From positions 286,478 to 350,477 of the forward strand of contig BCKZ01000013.1 of NCBI GenBank assembly GCA_001600815.1: 64,000 bases of DNA. The letters run 5' to 3'. Below are positions 35,601 to 47,821 of this stretch, piece after piece (the first letter of the stretch is position 1; every line of letters starts with the position of its first letter). The translations under genes and the position numbers were made by a program. Below the pieces are notes generated by a model, which saw only the letters and a program-made list of their open reading frames with translations, had not been told where the DNA came from and did not search any database. This DNA comes from Alloascoidea hylecoeti (taxonomy: Eukaryota).

Positions 35601-38600
35601 CAGATAACATTATTATTTTAATCAATCACTGTTATAATGATGGAGTTCTGAATCTAGTTTGCAATTGTGTATTTACAAATGTAGTCAAAATTAATCTTAG
35701 TATTATAAAAGAGCGAATGCTGCTTCTTATATAGTCGAAAATAACTAAATAGCTATACAAATTAACAAAGAAGGTTGGTAAACCATTGTATGTGATAACA
35801 AAGAGTATTAGTATGTAATGTTGGATATATATTACACTCTTAGAACAGTTCACTAAAGAGTCGATTGGCTTTTTGGCGCAACTGGGAGAACAGGCACTTT
35901 GAACTTTAACATGTAATATGTAATATTCTGTATAAAAATCACCCAATTAATATATCAATGTTAGTATGGTCTTCTGTTCGCTGATTTTCTTAGAAAAAGT
36001 AATTATTCTTGTAAATTATATTTTCACCATAAGCGCATAGCTTTCCATACCAGTTTTTCCCAAACCTGTCTCCGAAGTCCGAGTTCTTTTACTTCATAGG
36101 CCTCTTAAACCTCAACTCCAGAATCCATTCTAAAGAGAAAAGGAAGTTTCCTTTGAAAAACATAATTTTCTTTCGGTTCTGCACAAGCTCTTTTCCACTG
36201 ATACACTCTCTGTTATTTATGTAATACATGGAATTTAAAGGTATTGTGTTTTGTTTTATGATCATCCATAGTAACCAAAAGGAATCCCGGAAATACCCAG
36301 ATGATCTGATGATTATATGTTGAATCTAGGGAAGCTTTTGCTTTTGTTTGTATGATGTAGACTCCTAAAATCATCCCCTAATACGTGAATGAGGAAGATC
36401 AAACAAAGTTTATCACCCACCCTCGGCTTAAAAATGGTCAGAATAACTATTTTTTTTCGTGACTGACTTCAGTAGTTCATATTGCTGTTTGAATTTAGAA
36501 TTTTTTAAATGAGGGTTATCTGATTTAAGAATAATGAATTAATTACAAATCAATCAATCTCCATGAAAGTAGAAGTGTAAGTTACACCAAAGAAATTAAT
36601 GTTATAATATGGATCAATGTTAGATGTATGATACCAACGTAACGATAATCACATTATATGTTCAAAGAGTAATCATTGTTTTCTAGTTGAGATTTGTGCC
36701 CTGGAAGCTCAGGAAAGATTACTACAAAAATTTATTCATTTTAAAAATAATCCCCCACAATCTATTAAATAATTATTCGGTGATTTAGACTATCTGATAG
36801 ATCATAAGGAAACATATATATAAAGTGGCATCAGCTAGTATTTTTTGAATTTCCTAAAAGTAAGAGAAACATGCCAATAAAATACTATGAGTATTTCTGA
36901 ACTTACAAAATACATAGGCGGAAATTCGGCCATTGCTGATAAGTTCCTTATGCATCCATATAATGTTAACATTGATATTGTCAGAAGATATCATGATCAT
37001 GAACATAAACTGGGTATACATATAAGCTTATATGTACGGATTGATATTATGTTTAATATATCAACTACTAAATTAATAACCATAAGCCAGATTTACCACA
37101 ACTAGAAATAATAAACCGCTTTGTTGTAATTTCAATTATCCAAAATAAATTTTAGTAGGATTTATGGATATATCCCATGATTAAAGCCTATAGAGGTAGG
37201 TCGCCCAAAATCCCCTTAAATTTTCGAATCTAGAGATGATTACCGTCTTTGAGTTAACAACGGGATTATAGAAGTAGTCGTATTTAAATTGAGTTTCCAC
37301 GACGAATGAGTCCTTTAGCCGGAGACTTCTTTTGAAGACCGAGCTTGTGAAAGATACCCATCCAAGATAAATCTTAGTACCAGATACTACGCCAGAAAGT
37401 CGCACCATCCCTTGTCGACTGCTCAAAAATGCAAAATGCACATTTAACAATAAACAGTTTCCGCAGGAAAATCACAGTATTAGCATGTATATTAATAATT
37501 AATAGAATACTTTCATAATTAAAAGAAACAGCGGGGGTTAGTTCCATAATAGGGTGAGTAACCGTTTACTCATATTCACTTAAAAAACACAAAAACTAAC
37601 TAAAACGTGTTTTAAAATTCAACAAAACTATTTATTTTTGAAATAAAATGTGAAGGTGTATCTTTAATGATATACAGGAAAATCTGGAAATTATTTTATA
37701 GATAATAGTCTTTGGTGTTGTTCAGCAGGTGGAATACGTCGTAAAAATGGAGGCATGGGCTTTGCATAATAATTCACCATTTCCACGATTTCACTGAGAT
37801 ATAAGAGAGTGGGAGTCAACTATCTCAATGTATAATATATACAATTGTTTACTGTATTTAACCTTAAACTCCCTGTTTCAAGCCTTCACTTGAATCTATA
37901 CTGTATTTCCACTAATTATGTTGGATTATGAAAAATTTTGTCTAAACTGAAGAAGCACACATAATGGAATCTCTCCAAATCAAATTTTTTTTAGAAGGGT
38001 AAAATGCCATTTAATTTACTTCTTTTCAAATTAAACTGCCGTCACCATCTAATATAGGGCACGCAAACAACAGATTAGATATTGAAGATTATACTATTGT
38101 TATATTTATAGTAACCATTTTAGAGCTGGGCGAGCATAGGCCACAGGGCATATAATGCTTGCAGAAGAGAGTGTCTTGCCCAAAAAATACTATTCATCTG
38201 CAAATAATATTATCTATAAGTTAGAGGGAGACAATCAACAAACAAATCCTTATACATGTATTATGGCAGTATGGATGATAATGATTACGGTAATGCTATT
38301 AACGAGGGAGTGTATTCAAAGTAGATACTCAGTTGGTCAGTTTATATTCTGAGGGGCTAATAAGTGATTGAGTCCAACTAGTCTTAATGCATACGATTGT
38401 TAACTTAATCTGGCAGAACCCAAAAGTGGAGCTGAAAAGGTAATATCTTAAGGAATATGAAATATGACAAGACACTAATTTCTGTTTCTAATTAGAAGTC
38501 CCCTGAATCTGCAGATGGAAAAGCAGAGAATTTTTGGGTTTCAGAGATTTAGAAACCCATGTATTAGTGTGCAAACCCGCAGAAATCACTGAACCACAAT

Positions 38601-41473
38601 ACCCAACCATCTTAGATCTAGCTGAATCAATACAGTGATACCCACATTTAATTCAATAGCAGTCTCTAATGAAAACATTTTTTCTTCAAATAGCCTCCCA
38701 TTACAGTATTGCAGTATCTTCAGATCGTAAATATCAACCGTATGAAGTTGAATGGATATATTATACATCCCATTCCACTAGTTGCGCCCCAATTCAAAAA
38801 GGAATGGGAGCAAACTCGTGTGATATAAGGAGGAATGAGGCATCCGACGACCCAAACCTTGACAGAAAAAATATGGTAACGGGGCGTCGAAAATATCGAA
38901 TTTTAAAGTTGATGTAGTTCAAGGTATCAGTCAGTGATTCACAATTATAATCGGTTTCCAATATGCCAATCCGGTTAGATAAACTCCTTGATGTTTCTCG
39001 CGGTGAAGAGTGTCGTTCATCAACATTTCATTTGAAGTCTGATGTTTAGAAAGCAACTTCTTAAAACTTCAAATAAATCTGTAATTTGGACGAACAGTAA
39101 AGGGGTATCTAGATGAGATTCTATGATAGAAACAATTTCCTATCATGCTTTTACTCTCTGGTTACAAATAAACAGTTATTTTTATTATTCTATTGGTAGG
39201 CATAATACTTTCTATTTCAAATATAAATAAATATGTAGCTACTGGTCTCTTCTATAAAACAATTAAATTTTAGACCTACTTCGATTCATATCAGCTCGTC
39301 AAATAGCATAATTCAGTCTAACTATATAACTATTAATATATTAAGCTGGAGATGGTTTGTGAACAAATTTATATCTCATGTAGGATCAAGAAAGGTTGCA
39401 GAATACTCTATGCATAGGATGTGATGTTTAACTAATTGTGGGAAGCCTCATGAAAAAAATCTACTGAAGACCATATCTTGCTCTAGCCGAGTTGTTTTTG
39501 GGTAGACCAGTACTGTCACTATTAAATTTCATCAAGTATGGTCTGGGGGAGAGATTTTAGAGTATGCAATTCAACAAGTAAGGAAAAAAAGCGAGTTCGT
39601 AAATGGCAAGTGCGCATATCCAATCTTAAAAATATAATTATATTTATGTGTACAAGTTTCAAAATGTAGAATAATCTAATTATATTTTAGGGTTTATTAA
39701 CCCGTATTTATAAAATTCTTGAATATTCATTAATTAATAAATATGGCGGGTTTCACTCCACAACAGAAAACACAAAAATTGTATATTGAAAAATCATTTT
39801 CAGAATTACAATTATGTTGTATCTACGTACCTGACGGTATAGTACTTATTAACTAATACCAAAGATCAGCCAGTTAAAATTACTGACTGCAATAGTTTCT
39901 TTATCATTCCCCTTTCATTTTCCCACTCAAGCAATGGTCGCTGTTCTTCCAAACTTTGGAGTTGAACGCTGATAATTATTCAAGTAAGTCGTGCGAATCT
40001 TCCATGTGGGAAACTCCTCACATAAATGAAATTCAGTCATCCAATTTCTAATATTTCGATGACTTATAATCAATATATACCGAAATATTTTCTTTTCACC
40101 TAGCCGAAACTTAACTTGGTTATTCATTGATATTCTCTTATGTTTAATATATCCATTCTCCTTATTGAGAAAACTTTTTTATTTAAACTTCCGACCATTA
40201 TATTGTACACACTCGCAAAAGATCATCTAATAATTATAACGACAATTATAAATACTAATACATACATATAAGTGTGTATGTGTGCGAAATCTTTCAATTT
40301 TTCTTCCATCACTTCAGCGTAATTCATGAATACACTTTTATCACAATAATATTAATGTCTCATATTTTTCGATGATTTTGTGGCTAGGAACGAGATATTT
40401 TGTGTCCATGTTAAATCCCTGTAACTAGCCCAATTTAAACTTCTTGATTTTGAGGACCAATAAATTAAGTTTAAATTTATTTAATTGGTTTAACTTAATT
40501 AATTTTTAGTAAACGCCGTATCAAATTGATTGACTTAATTAATTTTTCATATACACTGAATCCACACTGAATCAACAGCGTAAACGTTTTATCTATTGTA
40601 CCGAAAGAGAAACATCTCTCTTTAAGGTTACCGCTGATGTGGCTGATTTATTAACGTTACCGTTACCGTTGAACCTGCAGTTGATTGTGATGACCTTTGC
40701 CAGTATAACTTATATGCTTGTCTTCAGCTGCTTTATATAAAATGAAAAGGAGAAATCCTAGTATAACTATTTATTACTGAAGTTGAGGATTTCAGAATTG
40801 CGATTGGAAGCACCACCTTATAATTAAGTATATGATCAAGCTCTAGGTTGGAGAACTTATTGTGGGGATTAAATTTTACACATTTAGTAGATTATGGTTC
40901 TTATCTTTAATTATATTTATAATTGTTTTTTTATGAACATTTTGTTTAATTTTATTTTTTTCAAATTTAAAATATAATATTGGAGCATACTAATTATAAT
41001 CGAACCATTATCGTCGAAATGTAGACATACTTAATCAGATAATAGAGTCTCATGTATATTCATTAATATGATATATAATTTACATATTACCAAATGTAGA
41101 TTACATTGATTATCTTATGTGGGATATCTTCGATTATGGTTACATGTCATATTATACGTATTCATCCGTTTTTTAAAGAAACTCGCTTAAGCGCTAGTGA
41201 TGAAAGTATAATTAGTGCTTGGAAGTTGACACATGCGCCAAAGCATAAATTTAAATGTTATTTTTATCAAAAGAATATAAAAATATCCCTTGATTCCCTT
41301 ATTATTATTCCTTGCATTTTTAAATATTTATAATTACAATTTTATTTCCCTGGAAATACATTTGTAAAACATTCAACTATTTTAAAAATTTTCCACTTGC
41401 AAATACTTTTGGAATACATTATAACAAAGTTTAACAGCAGCTATAGAACGTCAATTGCAACATAATATTTGAA

Positions 41474-42067
41474 ATGAGTATACTCTATTTAATCTTATTT
41501 TTTCCCCTATACTTCAAAATTGTTTACGGCCAGCACGTACCTCTATTTTCTTCAGCAATTATCACGTATAACAGCTTATCTATTTCATATGCCTACAAAG
41601 CCAAAGATATTTTAAAGGAACGAAATCAATTGACTTCATATCAAAATACGAGTCAAACAGATGGATTTGGACCAACCAGAGATTCTCTAGAATCGTCTTT
41701 GACGGCATCCTCATCTATATCTTCAAGTTCTGGCTCTGTTTTAACAGAAAGCTCCATATTTTCCATTACTACAACTACACCATCCTCTGCCTTAGGCTCT
41801 GCTGGAACAAAGAATATAAACCCAACATCATCTACTCCTTCCCCAAATAACGATGCTGATAGTGAAGTTTCAGCAGGTCCTACTGAAACAAAGGATATAA
41901 GCAGTTCCAATCCTGCCTTCCTCACATCAACTTCACATTCACTCTCAACACCTTCACCTAATCAACTTAATATTGTTCCTAATGACAATGGTGGACAGCA
42001 ATTGAACTATATTAGTGTTCTAACGTCAATCTCTATTTCCATTGCTTTTTCATTAATATTTTTATAA
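41474..42067 (+). CDS. Small Ser/Thr-rich putative GPI-anchored surface protein
   Basis: Hydrophobic N-terminus, S/T-rich body, NGG omega-like site plus hydrophobic tail. Confidence 0.7.
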   Translation: MSILYLILFFPLYFKIVYGQHVPLFSSAIITYNSLSISYAYKAKDILKERNQLTSYQNTSQTDGFGPTRDSLESSLTASSSISSSSGSVLTESSIFSITTTTPSSALGSAGTKNINPTSSTPSPNNDADSEVSAGPTETKDISSSNPAFLTSTSHSLSTPSPNQLNIVPNDNGGQQLNYISVLTSISISIAFSLIFL

Positions 42068-42817
42068 ATTTGAATAATAACATGGGGTCCCTGTTTCGCA
42101 TATTCCTTATAAATTATTCACATATACATGTATATATGATATTGCAAAAGGTATAATAAATATTTATATTTCTATATCTGATAATCGTGGTCAAAACATA
42201 CTTCCTAAATTTTTGTTATATTTTTGTTGGGATAATTCTGTTTTACGAACTTTGATATAACGGTAATACTATAACAGTATAACTATAGAAACTTTATATG
42301 CAGGAACATCTTTATATAGGATACAATTATAATATATGTAGTATTTGTGAGAAGGTGGAGTACCGGTATTCCTGGGTGTGTGACAAAATACCTAATTTAT
42401 TTAATTTTATGGACTTTCCAACATCCCCATGAATACAACCGATTTCATCTACATTGTAAAACATTGCATAATTGAAAGTTATCGGATCATAAGGTTAAAC
42501 AGATCGGGATTTTTACGGAAACCGGAATAATTAAAGCTTAACTATAACTATATTAGGAAATGTTATTGAAAGTTTAAAATGAGGCATCTTTATGTGATAC
42601 TCACAACATATTTGTGGCATGTGGAAGTCATAAAACACTTATAAGACCTTATATGCAAAGTACCTTTAACTATATATGAATAATCTGAATATAACCATTT
42701 AGTACTTATTACTTTAATTAAATAATTACATCAAAAGGCAAAAAACTATAGTAAAAAAAAACAAATACTAGTCCAATCATTTAAATTTTCAAAAACTATT
42801 AGATACTAGATATTATG

Positions 42818-44575
42818 TTATGCAGATGGCTTCTCTTCAGATGCATCCGATGTATTACTGACAGAGACATTTTGTCCACGTACAATATCATCCCCTGCAA
42901 CACCTGCAGGTCTTCTAGCAGTATTAACTTCTCCATGTAATCTTTCACAAAGATCTTCTAATGTTTCTCGTTTGGTTTCTGGAATAAGGAAAGATGTGAA
43001 AATACCTAAGAACATGAAGAGAGCAAAGATTTCCATTACATGATTCAACCAACAGTTGGGTTTATCTGCAGGACAATTATGATTGATCAAAGTACCTAAA
43101 GCAGCCTGTGCGATAATAGCACCTACTTTACCTGATGCAGCTGATATACCATGTGCTGTGGATCTATATCTTGTTGGAAAGCATTCACCTGGAAGAATAA
43201 ATGTAGTTGTATTTGGTCCCCAATTTTGAAAAAGTTGGGCTAAAATGTATAAAGCAAGTAGACCATGATCTGACAATTTATGGTATGCAAAGCCAATAAC
43301 GCAAAATATAACCGTTAAGATTGTAAATCCTGCAATTTGTAATGGTTTACGACCAACGGTATCAAGAGTTAATACGGCTAACCAATAACCTGGGATTGAT
43401 CCAGCACAGATTAGAATTAGATTACCGGCACAGACATCATACAATCTTTTATAGACATTGTCTTTAGAAGCGTAACCAATAGTTTGTAAAATGACAGCAG
43501 AATTCAAACCAAGACCGTAAAATGCAATATCTAAAAATAACCAAGACATGGCAGTACCTATTAAAATCTTACCATGTTTCCATTGACCGAAATGTCTGCA
43601 AAAATCTTTAAAAGAGGCTTTTGGTAATTCTTCAATCTCAGGGTGTGGAATATCAAGTGTAGTCCTGATTTCCTCGATGTCCTTCTTAGGAGCATCTCCA
43701 TATTTGCCAGCAGTGTATTGTTCAATATCCATAGCAGCTTTTTCTAAATCCTTGGAAACATCGAAAGTAAATCTTGGAGTTTCAGGGATAGTCAAACGGT
43801 AGTATAAAGCCAAAACAGCTGGAACACATCCAAATCCAACTAAAACTCTCCACATTTGATCAATTGCTTTGACACAAGGCCCGATACATACTGTAGCATC
43901 TTTGTATGGTTCAAGTGAACCTTTCCAGCCTCTAACACAAACAAGTGCAACAATACCAGCGAATAATTGACCCCAACCTTGATTTGCAAATACAGCACCC
44001 ATCATTGCACCTCTCCATTTAGTTGTAGCAAATTCGGATGTGATGATAGAAGATAATGGATAATCACCACCAATACCAATACCCATAATTATACGCCAGA
44101 ATGTAAGTAATGCAACAAAGTTCAAACCCTCAGATGTACCCATCATGGTTTGACCGATAGTAGCAACGATGATAATAATAAGTTCAACACCATAGATTTT
44201 CTTACGACCCAAGATATCACCAAGAGCTCCAAAACNAANTTGACCAATAACTGTTCCAACTGAAGTCGAGACTTTTAATAAATTTGAGCTGGGTGTGGGT
44301 GGGGTACCTGAACCACCAACTGAACCACCCCAATAGACATAACCTAACATTGTGACTGCAAGATTAATAGCGAAAATATCNTAAGAATCGGTTAAAAACC
44401 CGACCCCTGCAACAGTAATGGCTCTAACNTGGTACCATGAAAATGAAGCATTATCGATTTTCTCAAGAGCTAATCTTCTTCTCTCCAAAGGGTCTTCAAC
44501 ATCTGCGAAATCGTTGATAAAGTTGTGGAAAGCAGCATTACCACCTGCAGTTTTAATACCACTAGTATCGACCAT
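42818..44575 (-). CDS. PHO84: High-affinity phosphate:H+ symporter (MFS), copy a
   Basis: GGNAAFHNF, GFLTDSxDIF, GIGIGGDYPLSS, ETPRFT, GPNTTTFI.PGECFPTRYRSTAHG, PETK. Confidence 0.97.
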   Translation of the reverse strand: MVDTSGIKTAGGNAAFHNFINDFADVEDPLERRRLALEKIDNASFSWYXVRAITVAGVGFLTDSXDIFAINLAVTMLGYVYWGGSVGGSGTPPTPSSNLLKVSTSVGTVIGQXXFGALGDILGRKKIYGVELIIIIVATIGQTMMGTSEGLNFVALLTFWRIIMGIGIGGDYPLSSIITSEFATTKWRGAMMGAVFANQGWGQLFAGIVALVCVRGWKGSLEPYKDATVCIGPCVKAIDQMWRVLVGFGCVPAVLALYYRLTIPETPRFTFDVSKDLEKAAMDIEQYTAGKYGDAPKKDIEEIRTTLDIPHPEIEELPKASFKDFCRHFGQWKHGKILIGTAMSWLFLDIAFYGLGLNSAVILQTIGYASKDNVYKRLYDVCAGNLILICAGSIPGYWLAVLTLDTVGRKPLQIAGFTILTVIFCVIGFAYHKLSDHGLLALYILAQLFQNWGPNTTTFILPGECFPTRYRSTAHGISAASGKVGAIIAQAALGTLINHNCPADKPNCWLNHVMEIFALFMFLGIFTSFLIPETKRETLEDLCERLHGEVNTARRPAGVAGDDIVRGQNVSVSNTSDASEEKPSA

Positions 44576-44776
44576 TTGCCTATTAGAGGATAATACAGCT
44601 AATAATTAAATAATAGAAATATTAAAATATAGAAAATAGGAAAAGAACTAAATCATTTAAATATATCTTATTTTATTAATTGTGCCCAAGAGGTCTTGGA
44701 TAGAGCTTAATTCTATATGCAGCTGCCGTGTGCCTTGTTCTCTACCTCTCATTGGTGCAGACCATTTTATTGTACA

Positions 44777-44784
44777 CACGTGGG
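44777..44784 (+). promoter_or_regulatory. Pho4 high-affinity site CACGTGGG for PHO84a (repeated at 46599)
   Basis: Consensus match ~200 bp upstream of ATG, conserved in the paralogous promoter. Confidence 0.75.
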
Positions 44785-45372
44785 GATGGATATAATTATA
44801 CACTGCATAATCGATTATATAGATCCACTCAAGATGAACATAAATTGTTACTATAATTTCTATCATAAATTATATAGCATATTTCATTATGCTGATCATG
44901 CATGACTGAAGATGAAGTTTTGTAGAAAGGATGGTTTTTGGGGATGAAAATTGATTGGAATTGTAGGCTTTCAACGTTAAAAATAGTTAAACAAGATCAT
45001 GGTAAAATTAGTGAAGAATTTCACAAGGTAAACTTATAATAAGTTTCTCTTTGATTCATAATCATCGAATATATCATATGTAATTATTTAATCTTGTTAT
45101 TTCTGTATCTCAAGCTCATTCTATTTTATCTATTAATTATTACTTTGAAATCTCTTCAAACCTTTATTTTTCTTATAAGCTTTTGCCAAGAATAAGGTCG
45201 TTTATTACGATCGTCAATTATGGCGGTAACATGTGTACTTCACTCTTGTTAGTGGAAAATGAATTTCACATTCTTTAAAAATCATTTCTAATCAATAAAA
45301 ATACTTTTCGGTTTCGAATTTTAACTTTATAATGAGGTCGGTCACGGGCTACGAAATTATATTTAAAAAATG

Positions 45373-45381
45373 AAAACGTGC
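45373..45381 (-). promoter_or_regulatory. Pho4 low-affinity site GCACGTTTT near mid-spacer (repeated at 47195)
   Basis: Matches the CACGTT-type Pho4 site. Confidence 0.55.
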
Positions 45382-45781
45382 TCAAAATCAGAGTATAACC
45401 ACTGCACAACAGCAGTTCCATAGCTCACGGTCCGATGAAATATGCCTACTTTTGATTAATACTTCAAGCTAGTATGGAGCCTTATCGGGAATACTTGGAA
45501 ATTAAAACATGAGAATAAATCTTATAATTCTAAATTTAAACAAATCTTCTGAATTTGATACATCATGATCTTAGTGAAACGATATATGTTGTAGGAGATC
45601 ATTTGGTGTTGTAATTTCAATTCAATAGAACTAAATAAGATCAAGGAATATATGATGAAGCTTAAAATAAGTTTTATATATTATTTGTGTCACAATATAT
45701 TGTAACAAACTTATGTTATATTCATGTTGAGTGCATATCTATTTTATGAATAATTGATTATGCACTCTATAATTATATCGA

Positions 45782-45789
45782 CACGTGCG
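45782..45789 (+). promoter_or_regulatory. Pho4 site CACGTGCG for PHO84b (repeated at 47604)
   Basis: Consensus match ~213 bp upstream of ATG. Confidence 0.75.
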
Positions 45790-47821
45790 CATAATAAAGT
45801 AGTGTGCACCAATGAAATGTCAATAGCCAAGCACGGCGGCTGCATGGACCAGAAACTTAAGCCATTCCAAGACTTCTTGGGTAATAATATTTTATAATTA
45901 ATAATGGTAGGCCCATTATCAGATATTTAAAAGATAGAGTTTTTGCTCCATTTTTTAGGTCTTCATTATTACCGTGAATAAATTGTTAACTCTTAAAGAA
46001 TGACCAACACTACTGGTAGTGGTATTAAAACTGCAGGTGGTAATGCTGCTTTCCACAACTTTATCAACGATTTCGCAGATGTTGAAGACCCTTTGGAGAG
46101 AAGAAGATTAGCTCTTGAGAAAATCGATAATGCTTCATTTTCATGGTACCANNNNNNNNNNNNNNNNNNNNNNNNNNNNNNNNNNNNNNNNNNNNNNNNN
46201 NNNNNNNNNNNNNNNNNNNNNNNNNNNNNNNNNNNNNNNNNNNNNNNNNNNTGGTACCATGAAAATGAAGCATTATCGATTTTCTCAAGAGCTAATCTTC
46301 TTCTCTCCAAAGGGTCTTCAACATCTGCGAAATCGTTGATAAAGTTGTGGAAAGCAGCATTACCACCTGCAGTTTTAATACCACTAGTATCGACCATTTG
46401 CCTATTAGAGGATAATACAGCTAATAATTAAATAATAGAAATATTAAAATATAGAAAATAGGAAAAGAACTAAATCATTTAAATATATCTTATTTTATTA
46501 ATTGTGCCCAAGAGGTCTTGGATAGAGCTTAATTCTATATGCAGCTGCCGTGTGCCTTGTTCTCTACCTCTCATTGGTGCAGACCATTTTATTGTACACA
46601 CGTGGGGATGGATATAATTATACACTGCATAATCGATTATATAGATCCACTCAAGATGAACATAAATTGTTACTATAATTTCTATCATAAATTATATAGC
46701 ATATTTCATTATGCTGATCATGCATGACTGAAGATGAAGTTTTGTAGAAAGGATGGTTTTTGGGGATGAAAATTGATTGGAATTGTAGGCTTTCAACGTT
46801 AAAAATAGTTAAACAAGATCATGGTAAAATTAGTGAAGAATTTCACAAGGTAAACTTATAATAAGTTTCTCTTTGATTCATAATCATCGAATATATCATA
46901 TGTAATTATTTAATCTTGTTATTTCTGTATCTCAAGCTCATTCTATTTTATCTATTAATTATTACTTTGAAATCTCTTCAAACCTTTATTTTTCTTATAA
47001 GCTTTTGCCAAGAATAAGGTCGTTTATTACGATCGTCAATTATGGCGGTAACATGTGTACTTCACTCTTGTTAGTGGAAAATGAATTTCACATTCTTTAA
47101 AAATCATTTCTAATCAATAAAAATACTTTTCGGTTTCGAATTTTAACTTTATAATGAGGTCGGTCACGGGCTACGAAATTATATTTAAAAAATGAAAACG
47201 TGCTCAAAATCAGAGTATAACCACTGCACAACAGCAGTTCCATAGCTCACGGTCCGATGAAATATGCCTACTTTTGATTAATACTTCAAGCTAGTATGGA
47301 GCCTTATCGGGAATACTTGGAAATTAAAACATGAGAATAAATCTTATAATTCTAAATTTAAACAAATCTTCTGAATTTGATACATCATGATCTTAGTGAA
47401 ACGATATATGTTGTAGGAGATCATTTGGTGTTGTAATTTCAATTCAATAGAACTAAATAAGATCAAGGAATATATGATGAAGCTTAAAATAAGTTTTATA
47501 TATTATTTGTGTCACAATATATTGTAACAAACTTATGTTATATTCATGTTGAGTGCATATCTATTTTATGAATAATTGATTATGCACTCTATAATTATAT
47601 CGACACGTGCGCATAATAAAGTAGTGTGCACCAATGAAATGTCAATAGCCAAGCACGGCGGCTGCATGGACCAGAAACTTAAGCCATTCCAAGACTTCTT
47701 GGGTAATAATATTTTATAATTAATAATGGTAGGCCCATTATCAGATATTTAAAAGATAGAGTTTTTGCTCCATTTTTTAGGTCTTCATTATTACCGTGAA
47801 TAAATTGTTAACTCTTAAAGA

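Noticed and set aside
38586..38900. Minus-strand WGATSGMG..SIQL..IYDLKI, resembling an MDR enoyl-reductase nucleotide-binding motif
   Set aside because: Requires frameshifts and the similarity is too short to support without a search
45993..46431. Apparent third and fourth PHO84 copies facing each other across the N gap
   Set aside because: They belong to an exact 1722-bp duplicate that ends at ambiguous bases around a 100-N gap; most likely the same unitig placed twice. A real four-gene array cannot be fully excluded without long reads
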